From an uncultured Thermoplasmata archaeon (GTDB taxonomy: Archaea; Thermoplasmatota; DTKX01; GCA-020343715): a stretch of 64,000 nt of DNA. Of this stretch, positions 9,145 to 17,518 are shown in pieces; the first letter of the stretch is position 1; each line of letters begins with the position of its first letter. The translations under genes were made by a program, and so were the position numbers. Under the pieces are notes generated by a model, which had not been told where the DNA came from, searched no databases, and saw only the letters and a program-made list of their open reading frames with translations. The DNA is taken from positions 9,989 to 73,988 of the forward strand of contig CAYGVT010000066.1 in assembly GCA_964353355.1 (NCBI GenBank). The letters are read 5' to 3'.

Positions 9145-10095
9145 ATGTCGACGGTGGGCATAACGGCGATGGTCCCCCCAGAGCTCGTCTACGGGTGCGG
9201 GCACGTGCCGGTGGACCTCAACAACATGGTGCCCACCTCCAGGGCCGTCCCCCGCGGCAAGCTCTGCGCGTGGACCGCGACGTGGCGCGACGAGCTGCTC
9301 TCCGGGAGGATGCAGGTCGACCGCCTCGTGGTGGTCGCGGGCGGCGACTGCCACAACGCGCTCGCGGACGGCCAGCGCGTGGCGCTCTCCGGAATCCCCA
9401 CGCACTTCTTCTTCTACCCGTTCGATGGCGACCCGGCCTACATGGAGGGGCAACTGCGCGCGTTCGAGGCGTTCCTCGGGGGGATGGTGGACCATCGGGC
9501 GGTGGCGCGCGTCGCGGCCATCAAGGCGGCCGCGCTCGAGCTCGACGCGGCGCGCGCCCGCGGCGATGTGCCCGGCTCGGTCGCCTTCAACCACATGATA
9601 GCGCTCTGCGACATGCGCGGCGACCTCGACGCGTTCGACCGCTCCTTGCGCGACGCGCTCTCGCGGAGGAGGGAGGGCAGGGCCGCGGCTCGGGTCGCCC
9701 TCGTGGGCGTCCCGCCCATCTACCCTGACTTCCACGAGGTCGCCGAGGGCTTCGGGCTGCAGGTCGTGTTCGACGAGCTGCCCTGGGAGTTCGCACGCGC
9801 GGGCGGCCGCGACGTCCCGTCGATGGCGCGAAGCTACGCCGGCTACACGTTCGCGAGGCAGCTGCCCTACCGGCTGGAGCTGCTCGAGACGGAGCTGCGC
9901 GGCCGGCGCGTCGACGGGGTCATCCACTACACGCAGTACGCGTGCCACCACATGCTCGAGGACGAGGTCCTCCGCTCGCGGCTCGACCTTCCCGTTCTCA
10001 CCGTCCAGGGCGACCTCCCGAGGAGGTGCCCCGAGCAGGAGAAGCTGCGGCTCGAGGCCTTCGCCGAGCTGCTCACGGGGGGGCGAGCGAGATGA
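9145..10095 (+). CDS. 2-hydroxyacyl-CoA dehydratase / benzoyl-CoA reductase D-component-like protein (HgdB/BcrB family), orphan
   Basis: HGD-D family fold is inferred from the overall Cys pattern and from the activase gene that overlaps it immediately downstream. Start chosen at MSTVGITAM. Confidence 0.6.
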   Translation: MSTVGITAMVPPELVYGCGHVPVDLNNMVPTSRAVPRGKLCAWTATWRDELLSGRMQVDRLVVVAGGDCHNALADGQRVALSGIPTHFFFYPFDGDPAYMEGQLRAFEAFLGGMVDHRAVARVAAIKAAALELDAARARGDVPGSVAFNHMIALCDMRGDLDAFDRSLRDALSRRREGRAAARVALVGVPPIYPDFHEVAEGFGLQVVFDELPWEFARAGGRDVPSMARSYAGYTFARQLPYRLELLETELRGRRVDGVIHYTQYACHHMLEDEVLRSRLDLPVLTVQGDLPRRCPEQEKLRLEAFAELLTGGRAR

Positions 10096-10802
10096 TCGGG
10101 CTCGACCTCGGCTCGACCCGTGCGAAGATGGTCCGCGTCGAGGGCCGGGAGGTCGTCCTGAGGAGGGAGGTCCCGTCGCCGCGGTGGAGAGAGCTGCTCG
10201 AGGGGTTCGACCCCGGGGAGACCGTGGCCACGACGGGCTACTTCAGGAGGCAGGTGCCGGGCGCGCGCGCCATCACCGAGCTCACGGCCGCGCGCTGGGG
10301 CGTCGGGAGGCTGGTACCGGGTGCGGAGGTCATCATCGACGTGGGCGGCCAGGACACAAAGGTCCAGGACCTCCGCACCAACAGGTTCGTGCTCAACGAC
10401 AAATGCTCCGCGGGCACGGGCGCGTTCCTGGAGCTGGTAGCGAGCTACTTCGGCGTGGGCGTGGAGGAGCTGGGGCGTCTGCACGCGGAGGCGGAGGAGC
10501 CCGCGGACATCAACTCCACGTGCGCCGTGTTCGCCATGTCGGAGATGGTCTCGCAGCTCGTGGGGGGGCGCACACGCGCCGATGTGGTCGCGGGCATGCA
10601 CCGCGCGTTCGCGCGCCGCATCGCGGAGCTCGTGCCAAGCGCGGACAGGGTCGTGCTCATCGGTGGCGGGGCGCGCAACTCGGGACTGAGGGCGGAGCTC
10701 GGGCGCATCCTCGCGCGCGAGGTCGTCGTGCCGGACCATCCGGAGCACGTGAACGCGCTCGGGGCGGTGGAGTACGCATCGTCGGCCGGCACCGGCGTTT
10801 GA
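10092..10802 (+). CDS. CoA-substrate-specific enzyme activase (HgdC/BcrAD ASKHA-type ATPase)
   Basis: N-terminal MIGLDLGSTRAK (the ASKHA phosphate-1 motif). IIDVGGQDTKV, KCSAGTGAFLE and VLIGGGARN motifs. The start overlaps the upstream stop (ATGA). Confidence 0.8.
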   Translation: MIGLDLGSTRAKMVRVEGREVVLRREVPSPRWRELLEGFDPGETVATTGYFRRQVPGARAITELTAARWGVGRLVPGAEVIIDVGGQDTKVQDLRTNRFVLNDKCSAGTGAFLELVASYFGVGVEELGRLHAEAEEPADINSTCAVFAMSEMVSQLVGGRTRADVVAGMHRAFARRIAELVPSADRVVLIGGGARNSGLRAELGRILAREVVVPDHPEHVNALGAVEYASSAGTGV

Positions 10803-10893
10803 GGTCTCGGCGCGCGCACACCGCGATGGGTGGGCCCGGGATAGGGAACCTATTTACCGGTACTGACCAATCTCCATACAGGAGGGTCTGGAT

Positions 10894-12426
10894 ATGGTCA
10901 ATCGCTTACTCGTGGGACGTGGATTGTGCCGAACGGTCAGGCCGTCACTGCTCTTCGCCATCCTTGTCGTGCTCCTCATGCTAGGGAGCGCGCTGCCGGC
11001 GGGGGCGGCCCAGCTGCCTGCCATCAGGTGGGGAGAGCCCACCATCCTGCAGGACTACGGGGACTCGTCCCACTACGAGGCCGATGCCGACATCGTCACC
11101 GACGCCCACGGGAACGCCTACGTCACTTGGCTTGATTGGCGGAAGAGCTTCGGCGCGCCCTACGCCCGCTCGCGCCTCGCCGACGGAACGTGGACCATGG
11201 CACGCAACGTCGACACCGATGGCTGGGACTCGGAGAACGAGGTCATCCCGCGCATAGCCGCGGACGACTCGGGGAGCGTATACGTCGTGTGGGTGGACCA
11301 GGTGTCCGCCGGGGAGGATCGTGTGACGCTGGTGAGGTCGCCTGACTATGGGCACAACTGGACAGACAACGTGGACGTGAGCGGGGACTCGACGACCAAC
11401 TACCAGCTCTTCGACGTTGCCGCTGGCCACGGCAGCACCGTCCTGCTGCTCATGGGTACCAACTCGGTCTGGCAGCTGCGGACGTCCACAAACTCCGGCA
11501 CGACCTTCTCAGCGGCCGTGGAGGTCAAGAGGGTGAGCCCCCCCACGTTCATCGATTTTCCCAGTCTAATCTCGGCGAGCACGGGGGAGACCTACCTCGT
11601 GTACCGTCTGAGGACCGATTCGGACTGGGCGATGCAGGTGATGGTCTCGACCAACGACGGCCAGACCTTCAGCGACCCGGTGAACGTCTCCACGGTGTTC
11701 GACCCCTCCCCAGCCCATGTCTTCGAGCCGGTCGTGACGGCCTCCGCTGACGGACGGGTTGCCGTGGCGTACCTTGACATGTCGTACACAGACGGGGGGC
11801 AGAGGTACAAGGTCACGAGGTCGCTGGACGGAGGGTCGACATGGTCGCCGCCGGCGCTCGTGGACCCACAGGCCGAGGGTGGGAAGGGGAACGATGCCTC
11901 TTGCAACATCGCCTTCGCCCCCGACGGCAAGCTCTACGTCCTTTACTATCACAGCGACGACCGCGACGAACTCTCCAGCTATGACCCCTATCTCAGGACG
12001 ATGAGCCCTGCCGGAGTCTGGACGGACAGGGCGGACCTGAGCACCCTGCCGCTCTACGGGGGTCATGGGACCCCGCACGGGCTCTCGGTCGATGGCCTCG
12101 GTCGGATACATGCGCTTCTCGAGGGCAATACCTACGCCCTTGACCAGGAGAACACCCTCCACCTCCTCGGCACGTTCGCGTCCGGTGGCGACGGTGATGG
12201 GGGCGGTGACGGTGACGGCGAGGACGCCAAGGTCACGGACTTCGCCTTGTTCTGGGCGGTGCTCGCGCTCATGCTCGTGTTCCTCCTGCTCGCGATAATC
12301 GGCTTCGCACGGAGGCCCAAGCGACCGGTGGCCGGACCGGAGACCATGGTCTACCAACCTGCCCCGCAGCCCCACTACCCGCAGCCCGCCCCCCCGCCGC
12401 CGCAGCCTCCGCCCCCGCAACGTTGA
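10894..12426 (+). CDS. secreted BNR/Asp-box repeat protein (sialidase-like beta-propeller) with C-terminal TM anchor and Pro/Gln-rich tail
   Basis: Signal peptide present. Four S-x-D-x-G-x-T-W/F Asp-box motifs: SPDYGHNW, STNSGTTF, STNDGQTF, SLDGGSTW. C-terminal TM helix ALFWAVLALMLVFLLLAIIGF followed by PQPPPP. A GGAGGG SD lies 8 nt upstream. Confidence 0.65.
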   Translation: MVNRLLVGRGLCRTVRPSLLFAILVVLLMLGSALPAGAAQLPAIRWGEPTILQDYGDSSHYEADADIVTDAHGNAYVTWLDWRKSFGAPYARSRLADGTWTMARNVDTDGWDSENEVIPRIAADDSGSVYVVWVDQVSAGEDRVTLVRSPDYGHNWTDNVDVSGDSTTNYQLFDVAAGHGSTVLLLMGTNSVWQLRTSTNSGTTFSAAVEVKRVSPPTFIDFPSLISASTGETYLVYRLRTDSDWAMQVMVSTNDGQTFSDPVNVSTVFDPSPAHVFEPVVTASADGRVAVAYLDMSYTDGGQRYKVTRSLDGGSTWSPPALVDPQAEGGKGNDASCNIAFAPDGKLYVLYYHSDDRDELSSYDPYLRTMSPAGVWTDRADLSTLPLYGGHGTPHGLSVDGLGRIHALLEGNTYALDQENTLHLLGTFASGGDGDGGGDGDGEDAKVTDFALFWAVLALMLVFLLLAIIGFARRPKRPVAGPETMVYQPAPQPHYPQPAPPPPQPPPPQR

Positions 12427-12509
12427 TAAAAGGGGCGTGTCATTAGCGTAGAGCGCGGCACTGTTTCCCCGCTTCCAGCCGTCCAATCCAGGAAACGGGA
12501 GGTGGAACG

Positions 12510-13442
12510 ATGACCTCCGATTTGGGTTTGATGGACGAGCCGACCGGAATCCCCCCGCTCTTCGACGTCGCCGTCGTGGGCCTCGGCCCCGCTGGCATCA
12601 CCACCGCGGCCGAGCTTGTGCGCTACGGCCGTCGCGTCGTCGCGTTCGAGCGCGACCGCATCGGCGGCCTCGTCCACGAGGCGCGACGCGTCGAGAACGT
12701 CCCGTGGGCCCACGGCGCGGCGCCAGGCCCCGAGGTGGCGCGCGCGCTCGAGGCGCACCTCATGCGGTTCGCGCCCGAGTTCGTGAACGAGGAGGTCGTG
12801 TCCATCCAGAGGAGAGAGGCCTCGTTCGAGGCCCGCGCGCACGACCGTGCGGTGCGCGCGCGAGCGGTCGTGCTCGCCAGCGGCACGCGGTCCCGGTCGC
12901 TCGCGGTCAGGGGCGAGGACCTGCCATGGGTGGCGACCCGATGGTCGGACCTGAGGCGCCAATCCGGAACGGTGGCGGTCGTGGGCGGGGGCGACCTCGC
13001 CATCGACCAGGCCCTCTCGCTCGTCGAGGCGGGCTACCGCGTCGAGCTCCTGGTGAGGGGCGACCACGTCGAGTGCAACCGATCCCTGATGGACGAGCTT
13101 GGACGGGCGAGGACCGTAACGATGCGCTTCCGGCACGCCGTCGAGGCCTTCGTGGACGGCCCCCCGCGCTCGGTCCTCTGCTCGAGCCTGGAGGGACCAG
13201 TGGGCCTTACGGTGGACTGCGCGCTCGTGTCCATCGGAAGGGAACAGGAGGCCCCCAAGGTCCTCGACATGGACGGGCGCGCGCTCAAGCTGGACTACGT
13301 GCTCTCCCCCGGCATCCGCGGCCTGTTCCCCGTGGGGGACCTGGCCGCCTACGGGCGCCGCAGGCAGGTGGCCATCGCCGCGGGCAGCGGCCTCGACGCG
13401 GCCATGCGGTGCGAGGAGCACCTGCGGGGGCAGGGCCCGTGA
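12510..13442 (+). CDS. FAD/NAD(P)-dependent pyridine-nucleotide-disulfide oxidoreductase-like protein (thioredoxin-reductase fold, no CxxC redox pair)
   Basis: Two Rossmann motifs, VAVVGLGPAG (FAD) and VAVVGGGDLAIDQA (NAD). About 310 aa. Lacks the TrxB CAxC active site. Confidence 0.7.
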   Translation: MTSDLGLMDEPTGIPPLFDVAVVGLGPAGITTAAELVRYGRRVVAFERDRIGGLVHEARRVENVPWAHGAAPGPEVARALEAHLMRFAPEFVNEEVVSIQRREASFEARAHDRAVRARAVVLASGTRSRSLAVRGEDLPWVATRWSDLRRQSGTVAVVGGGDLAIDQALSLVEAGYRVELLVRGDHVECNRSLMDELGRARTVTMRFRHAVEAFVDGPPRSVLCSSLEGPVGLTVDCALVSIGREQEAPKVLDMDGRALKLDYVLSPGIRGLFPVGDLAAYGRRRQVAIAAGSGLDAAMRCEEHLRGQGP

Positions 13443-13477
13443 GGCTCGTCTCCTCCTCGGGCAACCCCGAGCTAGCC

Positions 13478-14329
13478 ATGGTGCACGTGGCCGAGGACGA
13501 CCGCGGCCGCCGCATCGAGTTCGTGGACTCGGTGCAGCCCCCGCGCCCGCGCAGGGAGAAGTGGGTGGTAATCGTCTCGACCATGTTCGGGTGCCCCGTC
13601 GGGTGCCGCATGTGCGACGCCGGAGGACGGCCCGAGGGCCGGCTCACGTCCGAAGAGATGCTCTGGCAGGTGCGCACGGCGGTCGCGCGGCGGTTCCCCT
13701 CGGGCAGACCCGAGACCGCCATGCTCAAGGTCCAGTTCGCGCGCATGGGCGAGCCCTCGCTGAACGGCGCGGTCATCGATGCGCTCGACGCCCTCCCGGG
13801 CGAGTTCCCCGGCACATCCGTGGTGGCATCGGTCTCGACCATCGCACCTGTCGGGGTGGGTGCCTTCCTCACGCGCCTGAGGGACGTCAAGGACCGGCGG
13901 TACGGGGACGGGCGGTTCCAGCTCCAGTTCTCGGTGCACTCGACCGACCCCGGGCGCCGCGCATGGCTGTGCCCCGCTCGCACGCTCTCGCTCGAGGAGA
14001 TGGCCTCTGCGGGCGTCGCGTTCCGCGACGGGACCGACAAGAAGGTCACGCTCAACTTCTGCCTCATCGAGGGCATGCCGCTCGACCCTGCGGTCGTGCG
14101 CGACGCGTTCGACCCCGAGCACTTCCTCGTCAAGCTCACCCCGCTCAACCCGACCGCGAGGGCCACCGCCCACGGGCTGCGGTCCGTAATCGGGCACGGC
14201 ACCGAGGGGCGGGCCACGCCCATCGCAGAGGCCTTCCGGGCCAACGGCTTCGAGACCATCCTCAGCATCGGCGAGTACGAGGAGAACCAGATAGGCTCGA
14301 ACTGCGGGATGTACCTGGGCGCGCTGTAG
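13478..14329 (+). CDS. radical SAM enzyme of unknown specificity
   Basis: CPVGCRMC (the CxxxCxxC radical SAM cluster motif) near the N-terminus, followed by Gly-rich SAM-binding-like stretches. An alternative GTG start at 13439 overlaps the upstream stop. Confidence 0.7.
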   Translation: MVHVAEDDRGRRIEFVDSVQPPRPRREKWVVIVSTMFGCPVGCRMCDAGGRPEGRLTSEEMLWQVRTAVARRFPSGRPETAMLKVQFARMGEPSLNGAVIDALDALPGEFPGTSVVASVSTIAPVGVGAFLTRLRDVKDRRYGDGRFQLQFSVHSTDPGRRAWLCPARTLSLEEMASAGVAFRDGTDKKVTLNFCLIEGMPLDPAVVRDAFDPEHFLVKLTPLNPTARATAHGLRSVIGHGTEGRATPIAEAFRANGFETILSIGEYEENQIGSNCGMYLGAL

Positions 14330-14352
14330 GTCGATGGCGTCAATAGGTCCCG

Positions 14353-14430
14353 TGGTGGGCCCGCCCGGATTTGAACCGGAGTCTATTGGTCCCGAACCAA
14401 CAAGTATAGACCAAGCTAGCCCACGGGCCC
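14353..14430 (-). tRNA. probable tRNA-Pro (anticodon CGG) with genomically encoded CCA; D-arm atypical
   Basis: Minus strand reads GGGCCCG UG GGCUAGCUUGGUCUAUACUU GUUGG UUCGGGA CCAAU AGAC UCCGG UUCAAAU CCGGG CGGGCCC A CCA. Perfect 7-bp acceptor stem, canonical T-arm and T-loop (UUCAAAU), and a 5-bp anticodon stem with loop UUCGGGA (U33, anticodon CGG, G37). The D-arm region (22 nt) does not form a standard 4-bp stem. Confidence 0.5.
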
Positions 14431-14536
14431 AGGGATGTGGGTCCGGTGAGCACGGAGCGAGTATTTTACGTTTGTGATGATGGCCCGGGGCCCCCAGGAG
14501 GGGCTTGCCAGCATCCGGCCGGCCACGACGAGGCCA

Positions 14537-15427
14537 CTACTCCTCGTCCACGCGCGGCGGTTGCGCGCAGAAAGAGAACCGCTTGCGCATCGCCCTCACC
14601 GCGCGCAGGTCCAGCTCGACCACGGCGAGCGCCTCCTCCTCCTGCATGCGCAGCAGAACGTCGACTCCGTCGGGGGACTCCATGACTCCGAACCGCTGAA
14701 CCCGGGGGGAGACGGCGATGGAGCCGCCCAGCCCCTGGCGCTTCATGAACTCCCCCACCAGCCCCACGGCCGCGACCGGCACGGTGTTCTCGTAGGCGCG
14801 CGCGACTGCCAGCGCCTGGTTGGCGTCCCGCTCCTGGGGGGAGAACGAGCTCGACTGCACGAAAAGGACCTCGGCGCCCTTGTCGACGAGCGAGCAGGCG
14901 ATGCCCGGCACCGCGGCGTCCAGCCCCGCGAGCACGCCCACCCTGACGCCGTCGAGCTCGACGGGCTGCCCCGGCGGTGCGGCGTCGAACCACGGCCTCT
15001 CCGTGGGGTAGTAGGTCGACTTGTTGACCGTGCCCACGACCTCGCCCCGCCTGCCGAGCACGACCGAGGTCAGGAACTGCTGCCGCGGGGCCTCGCACAC
15101 GCGGTTGCGGGTCACGCCGCAAACCACGCACACCCGCGACCGGCGGGCCTGGGCCTGGATCTCCTTGATGGCCTCGTTGGGCAGCGGCGCGACGGGCACG
15201 TCTCCCAGGAAGTACTCCGAGAAGAGTATGGCGCGGGCCTTCTCCCTGGCGGCCTGCTTGACCCACTCCTTGGCCCTAGCGAGGGCGTCGTGGGACGCGC
15301 CCGGGCGCGACCAGTCATGCTCCATCTGGGCGATGGCCACCTTGAAGGTGTCTGGCAAGGGTCGCACCTTTGGACGCTCAACGGGCCGCAGGCCAGATAT
15401 AGCTTTCGGGATGTTGACCGGGCCCAT
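14537..15427 (-). CDS. carbon-nitrogen hydrolase (nitrilase/amidase superfamily)
   Basis: FKVAIAQMEHDW...AILFSEYFLGD...VCVVCGV is the Nit-fold Glu-Lys-Cys catalytic architecture. The start is uncertain between ATG 15427 and a GTG at about 15367. A TATA-like AAAGCTATATCT sits inside the 15427-start extension. Confidence 0.7.
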   Translation of the reverse strand: MGPVNIPKAISGLRPVERPKVRPLPDTFKVAIAQMEHDWSRPGASHDALARAKEWVKQAAREKARAILFSEYFLGDVPVAPLPNEAIKEIQAQARRSRVCVVCGVTRNRVCEAPRQQFLTSVVLGRRGEVVGTVNKSTYYPTERPWFDAAPPGQPVELDGVRVGVLAGLDAAVPGIACSLVDKGAEVLFVQSSSFSPQERDANQALAVARAYENTVPVAAVGLVGEFMKRQGLGGSIAVSPRVQRFGVMESPDGVDVLLRMQEEEALAVVELDLRAVRAMRKRFSFCAQPPRVDEE

Positions 15428-15724
15428 TCGTCCGGCATGCGGGCCATCGCAGGAAGGACAAGGGCCACTGGTCCCTTCCATTGTCACCCTCATCGGCCGT
15501 CCGCCTCGAGCGGGCCGGTGACGGGGTCCCTTCCAGCGCCCCCGGGGCGAGACGGGCCCCACCCTATCGCTCACCTGCAACGCGGCGCTGCTCGCGACCG
15601 TCATGCCCGCCCTCAAGGCCGCGCGCACGGACCCGACGGAGGCCGTCCGGTGGGTGGAGCGAGCACCAGGTCGGGCGGTGCCATCCGCTCGGCATGTCGT
15701 CCATTGCCGAAGGGGGACTTCGGC

Positions 15725-15737
15725 AAAATATAAATAG
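15725..15737 (+). promoter_or_regulatory. archaeal TATA box (aaaatataaatag) about 25-30 nt upstream of ATG 15760, implying a leaderless or near-leaderless transcript
   Basis: Strongly AT-rich 12-mer in a GC-rich background at canonical TATA-to-start spacing. Confidence 0.5.
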
Positions 15738-15759
15738 GCCCCCGGCAAATGCAACGCCC

Positions 15760-16440
15760 ATGGACGAGGACTTCCGCGAGAAGATAGCGGGGGAGATAGT
15801 GCTCTCCAGCGAGCCCGGCAAGACGCTGCGCAAGTGGAGGCTTATCTTCGGCGTGTCCCAGAAGGAGCTCGCGGCCGAGATGGGCATCTCCCACAGCGTC
15901 GTGAGCGACTACGAGGGGGGGCGCAGGAGGTCCCCCACCATCGCCACCGTCCGCCGCGTGGTGGAGGCGCTCATCGACATCGACAAGCGACGCGGCTCGC
16001 CCACCATCTCCAAGCACCGCAGCCGCGGCGAGGGCCGCGCCGTGGTCAAGATGCGCGAGTTCCCCGTGGGGGTCACGTGCAAGCAGTTCGCGAAGACCAT
16101 CAAGGGCCGCGTCGTCTGGGGCGAGGGGCGCATGGACCGCCAGCTCTACGGCTACACGCTGCTGGATTCGCTCAAGGTCATCACCTCGCTCACCTCGTTC
16201 GACTACGTGCAGATCTACGGCTGGAGCTCGGAGCGCGCGCTCATCTTCATGGGCGTGGAGTACGGCCGCAGCCCCATGGTGGCCATCCGCGCCCACCCGC
16301 TCAAGCCGGGCATGGTCGTCTACTGGCGGCCGAAGAACGTGGACGCCCTCGCCGTCAAGCTCGCGCAGATCGAGGGCATCCCGCTGGTCACCACCGAGAT
16401 GGAGCTGGAGCCCATGCTCGAATCACTGGCGGAGCTCTAG
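15760..16440 (+). CDS. XRE-family helix-turn-helix transcriptional regulator with conserved C-terminal domain of unknown function
   Basis: HTH_3 motif LIFGVSQKELAAEMGISHSVVSDYEGGRR. Lies immediately upstream of HMG-CoA synthase (stop TAG 16438-16440, next ATG 16441). Confidence 0.7.
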   Translation: MDEDFREKIAGEIVLSSEPGKTLRKWRLIFGVSQKELAAEMGISHSVVSDYEGGRRRSPTIATVRRVVEALIDIDKRRGSPTISKHRSRGEGRAVVKMREFPVGVTCKQFAKTIKGRVVWGEGRMDRQLYGYTLLDSLKVITSLTSFDYVQIYGWSSERALIFMGVEYGRSPMVAIRAHPLKPGMVVYWRPKNVDALAVKLAQIEGIPLVTTEMELEPMLESLAEL

Positions 16441-17517
16441 ATGGGCAAGGGGGGCAGGTCGATGGACGTAGGTTTCCTGAGCTACGGCATCTGGGTCCCG
16501 CGCCACCGCATCTCGACCGAGGAGATCGCCCGCGTCTGGGGCAAGGACGGTAAGGCGATGGCCGCCGGGCTCGGCGTGAGCAGCAAGTCCGTGCCCGCGG
16601 TCGACGAGGACGTCATCACGATGTCCGTGGAGGCCGCGGAGATGGCCATGAGGCGGTCAGGCATCGGGCCCAAGGACGTGGGCGCCGTCTACGTGGGCTC
16701 CGAGTCGCACCCCTACGCCGTGAAGCCCACGGCCACGGTCGTGGCCGAGGCCATCGGCTCGACACCTGACCTGACGGCGGCCGACTACGAGTTCGCGTGC
16801 AAGGCGGGGACGGCGGCCTTCCAGACGTGCATGGGCCTGGTCAGGTCCGAGATGGTCAAGGCGGGCATGGCCATCGGCGCGGACACCTCCCAGGGCGCGC
16901 CGGGGGACGCGCTGGAGTACTCCGCGTCAGCGGGCGCGGCCGCCTACCTCATCGGCTCCGGCGAGGGCGTCATCGCGCGCATCGACCACACGCTGAGCTA
17001 CACCACAGACACGCCCGACTTCTGGCGTCGCGAGGGCCAGATGTACCCGTCGCACGGGGGCCGGTTCACGGGCGTGCCCGCGTACTTCAAGCACGTGGTC
17101 ACGTGCGGGAAGAACATGCTCGCGCGCGCCGGCACGACCGCCAAGGACTACGACCACGTCGTGCTGCACCAGCCCAACGGCAAGTTCCCCGTGCGGGCGG
17201 CCAAGATGCTGGGGTTCCCGCCCGAGAAGGTGGAGCGGGGGCTGCTCACACCGCGCATCGGCAACACCTACAGCGCGGCCGTGCCGCTGGGGCTCGCGAA
17301 CATCCTCGACGCCGCGCGGCCGGGCGAGCGCATCCTCGTGGTGTCCTACGGCTCGGGCGCCGGCTCGGACGCGTTCGACATCACGGTCACGGACGCGATG
17401 GCGCGCTACCAGCGCAACGCGGACGACCTCGTGGAGACGCGCATAGCCTACCACAAGTTCATCGACTACGCGACCTACGCCAAGTTCCGCGGCAAGATAC
17501 AGATGGGGAGGGGATGA
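16441..17517 (+). CDS. hydroxymethylglutaryl-CoA synthase (archaeal type)
   Basis: 358 aa. Catalytic Cys in EFACKAGTAA; GSESHPYAVKP, HQPNGKF and NTYSAAVPLGL motifs of archaeal HMGCS. The true start may be MDVGFLSYG at 16462. Confidence 0.9.
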   Translation: MGKGGRSMDVGFLSYGIWVPRHRISTEEIARVWGKDGKAMAAGLGVSSKSVPAVDEDVITMSVEAAEMAMRRSGIGPKDVGAVYVGSESHPYAVKPTATVVAEAIGSTPDLTAADYEFACKAGTAAFQTCMGLVRSEMVKAGMAIGADTSQGAPGDALEYSASAGAAAYLIGSGEGVIARIDHTLSYTTDTPDFWRREGQMYPSHGGRFTGVPAYFKHVVTCGKNMLARAGTTAKDYDHVVLHQPNGKFPVRAAKMLGFPPEKVERGLLTPRIGNTYSAAVPLGLANILDAARPGERILVVSYGSGAGSDAFDITVTDAMARYQRNADDLVETRIAYHKFIDYATYAKFRGKIQMGRG

Positions 17518-17518
17518 C

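Noticed and set aside
14330-14536. tRNA locus as an integration hotspot for a mobile element.
   Set aside because: The genes on both sides are ordinary metabolic genes in the same high-GC, high-GC3 style. No integrase, direct repeat of the tRNA 3' half, or GC-skew break was found.
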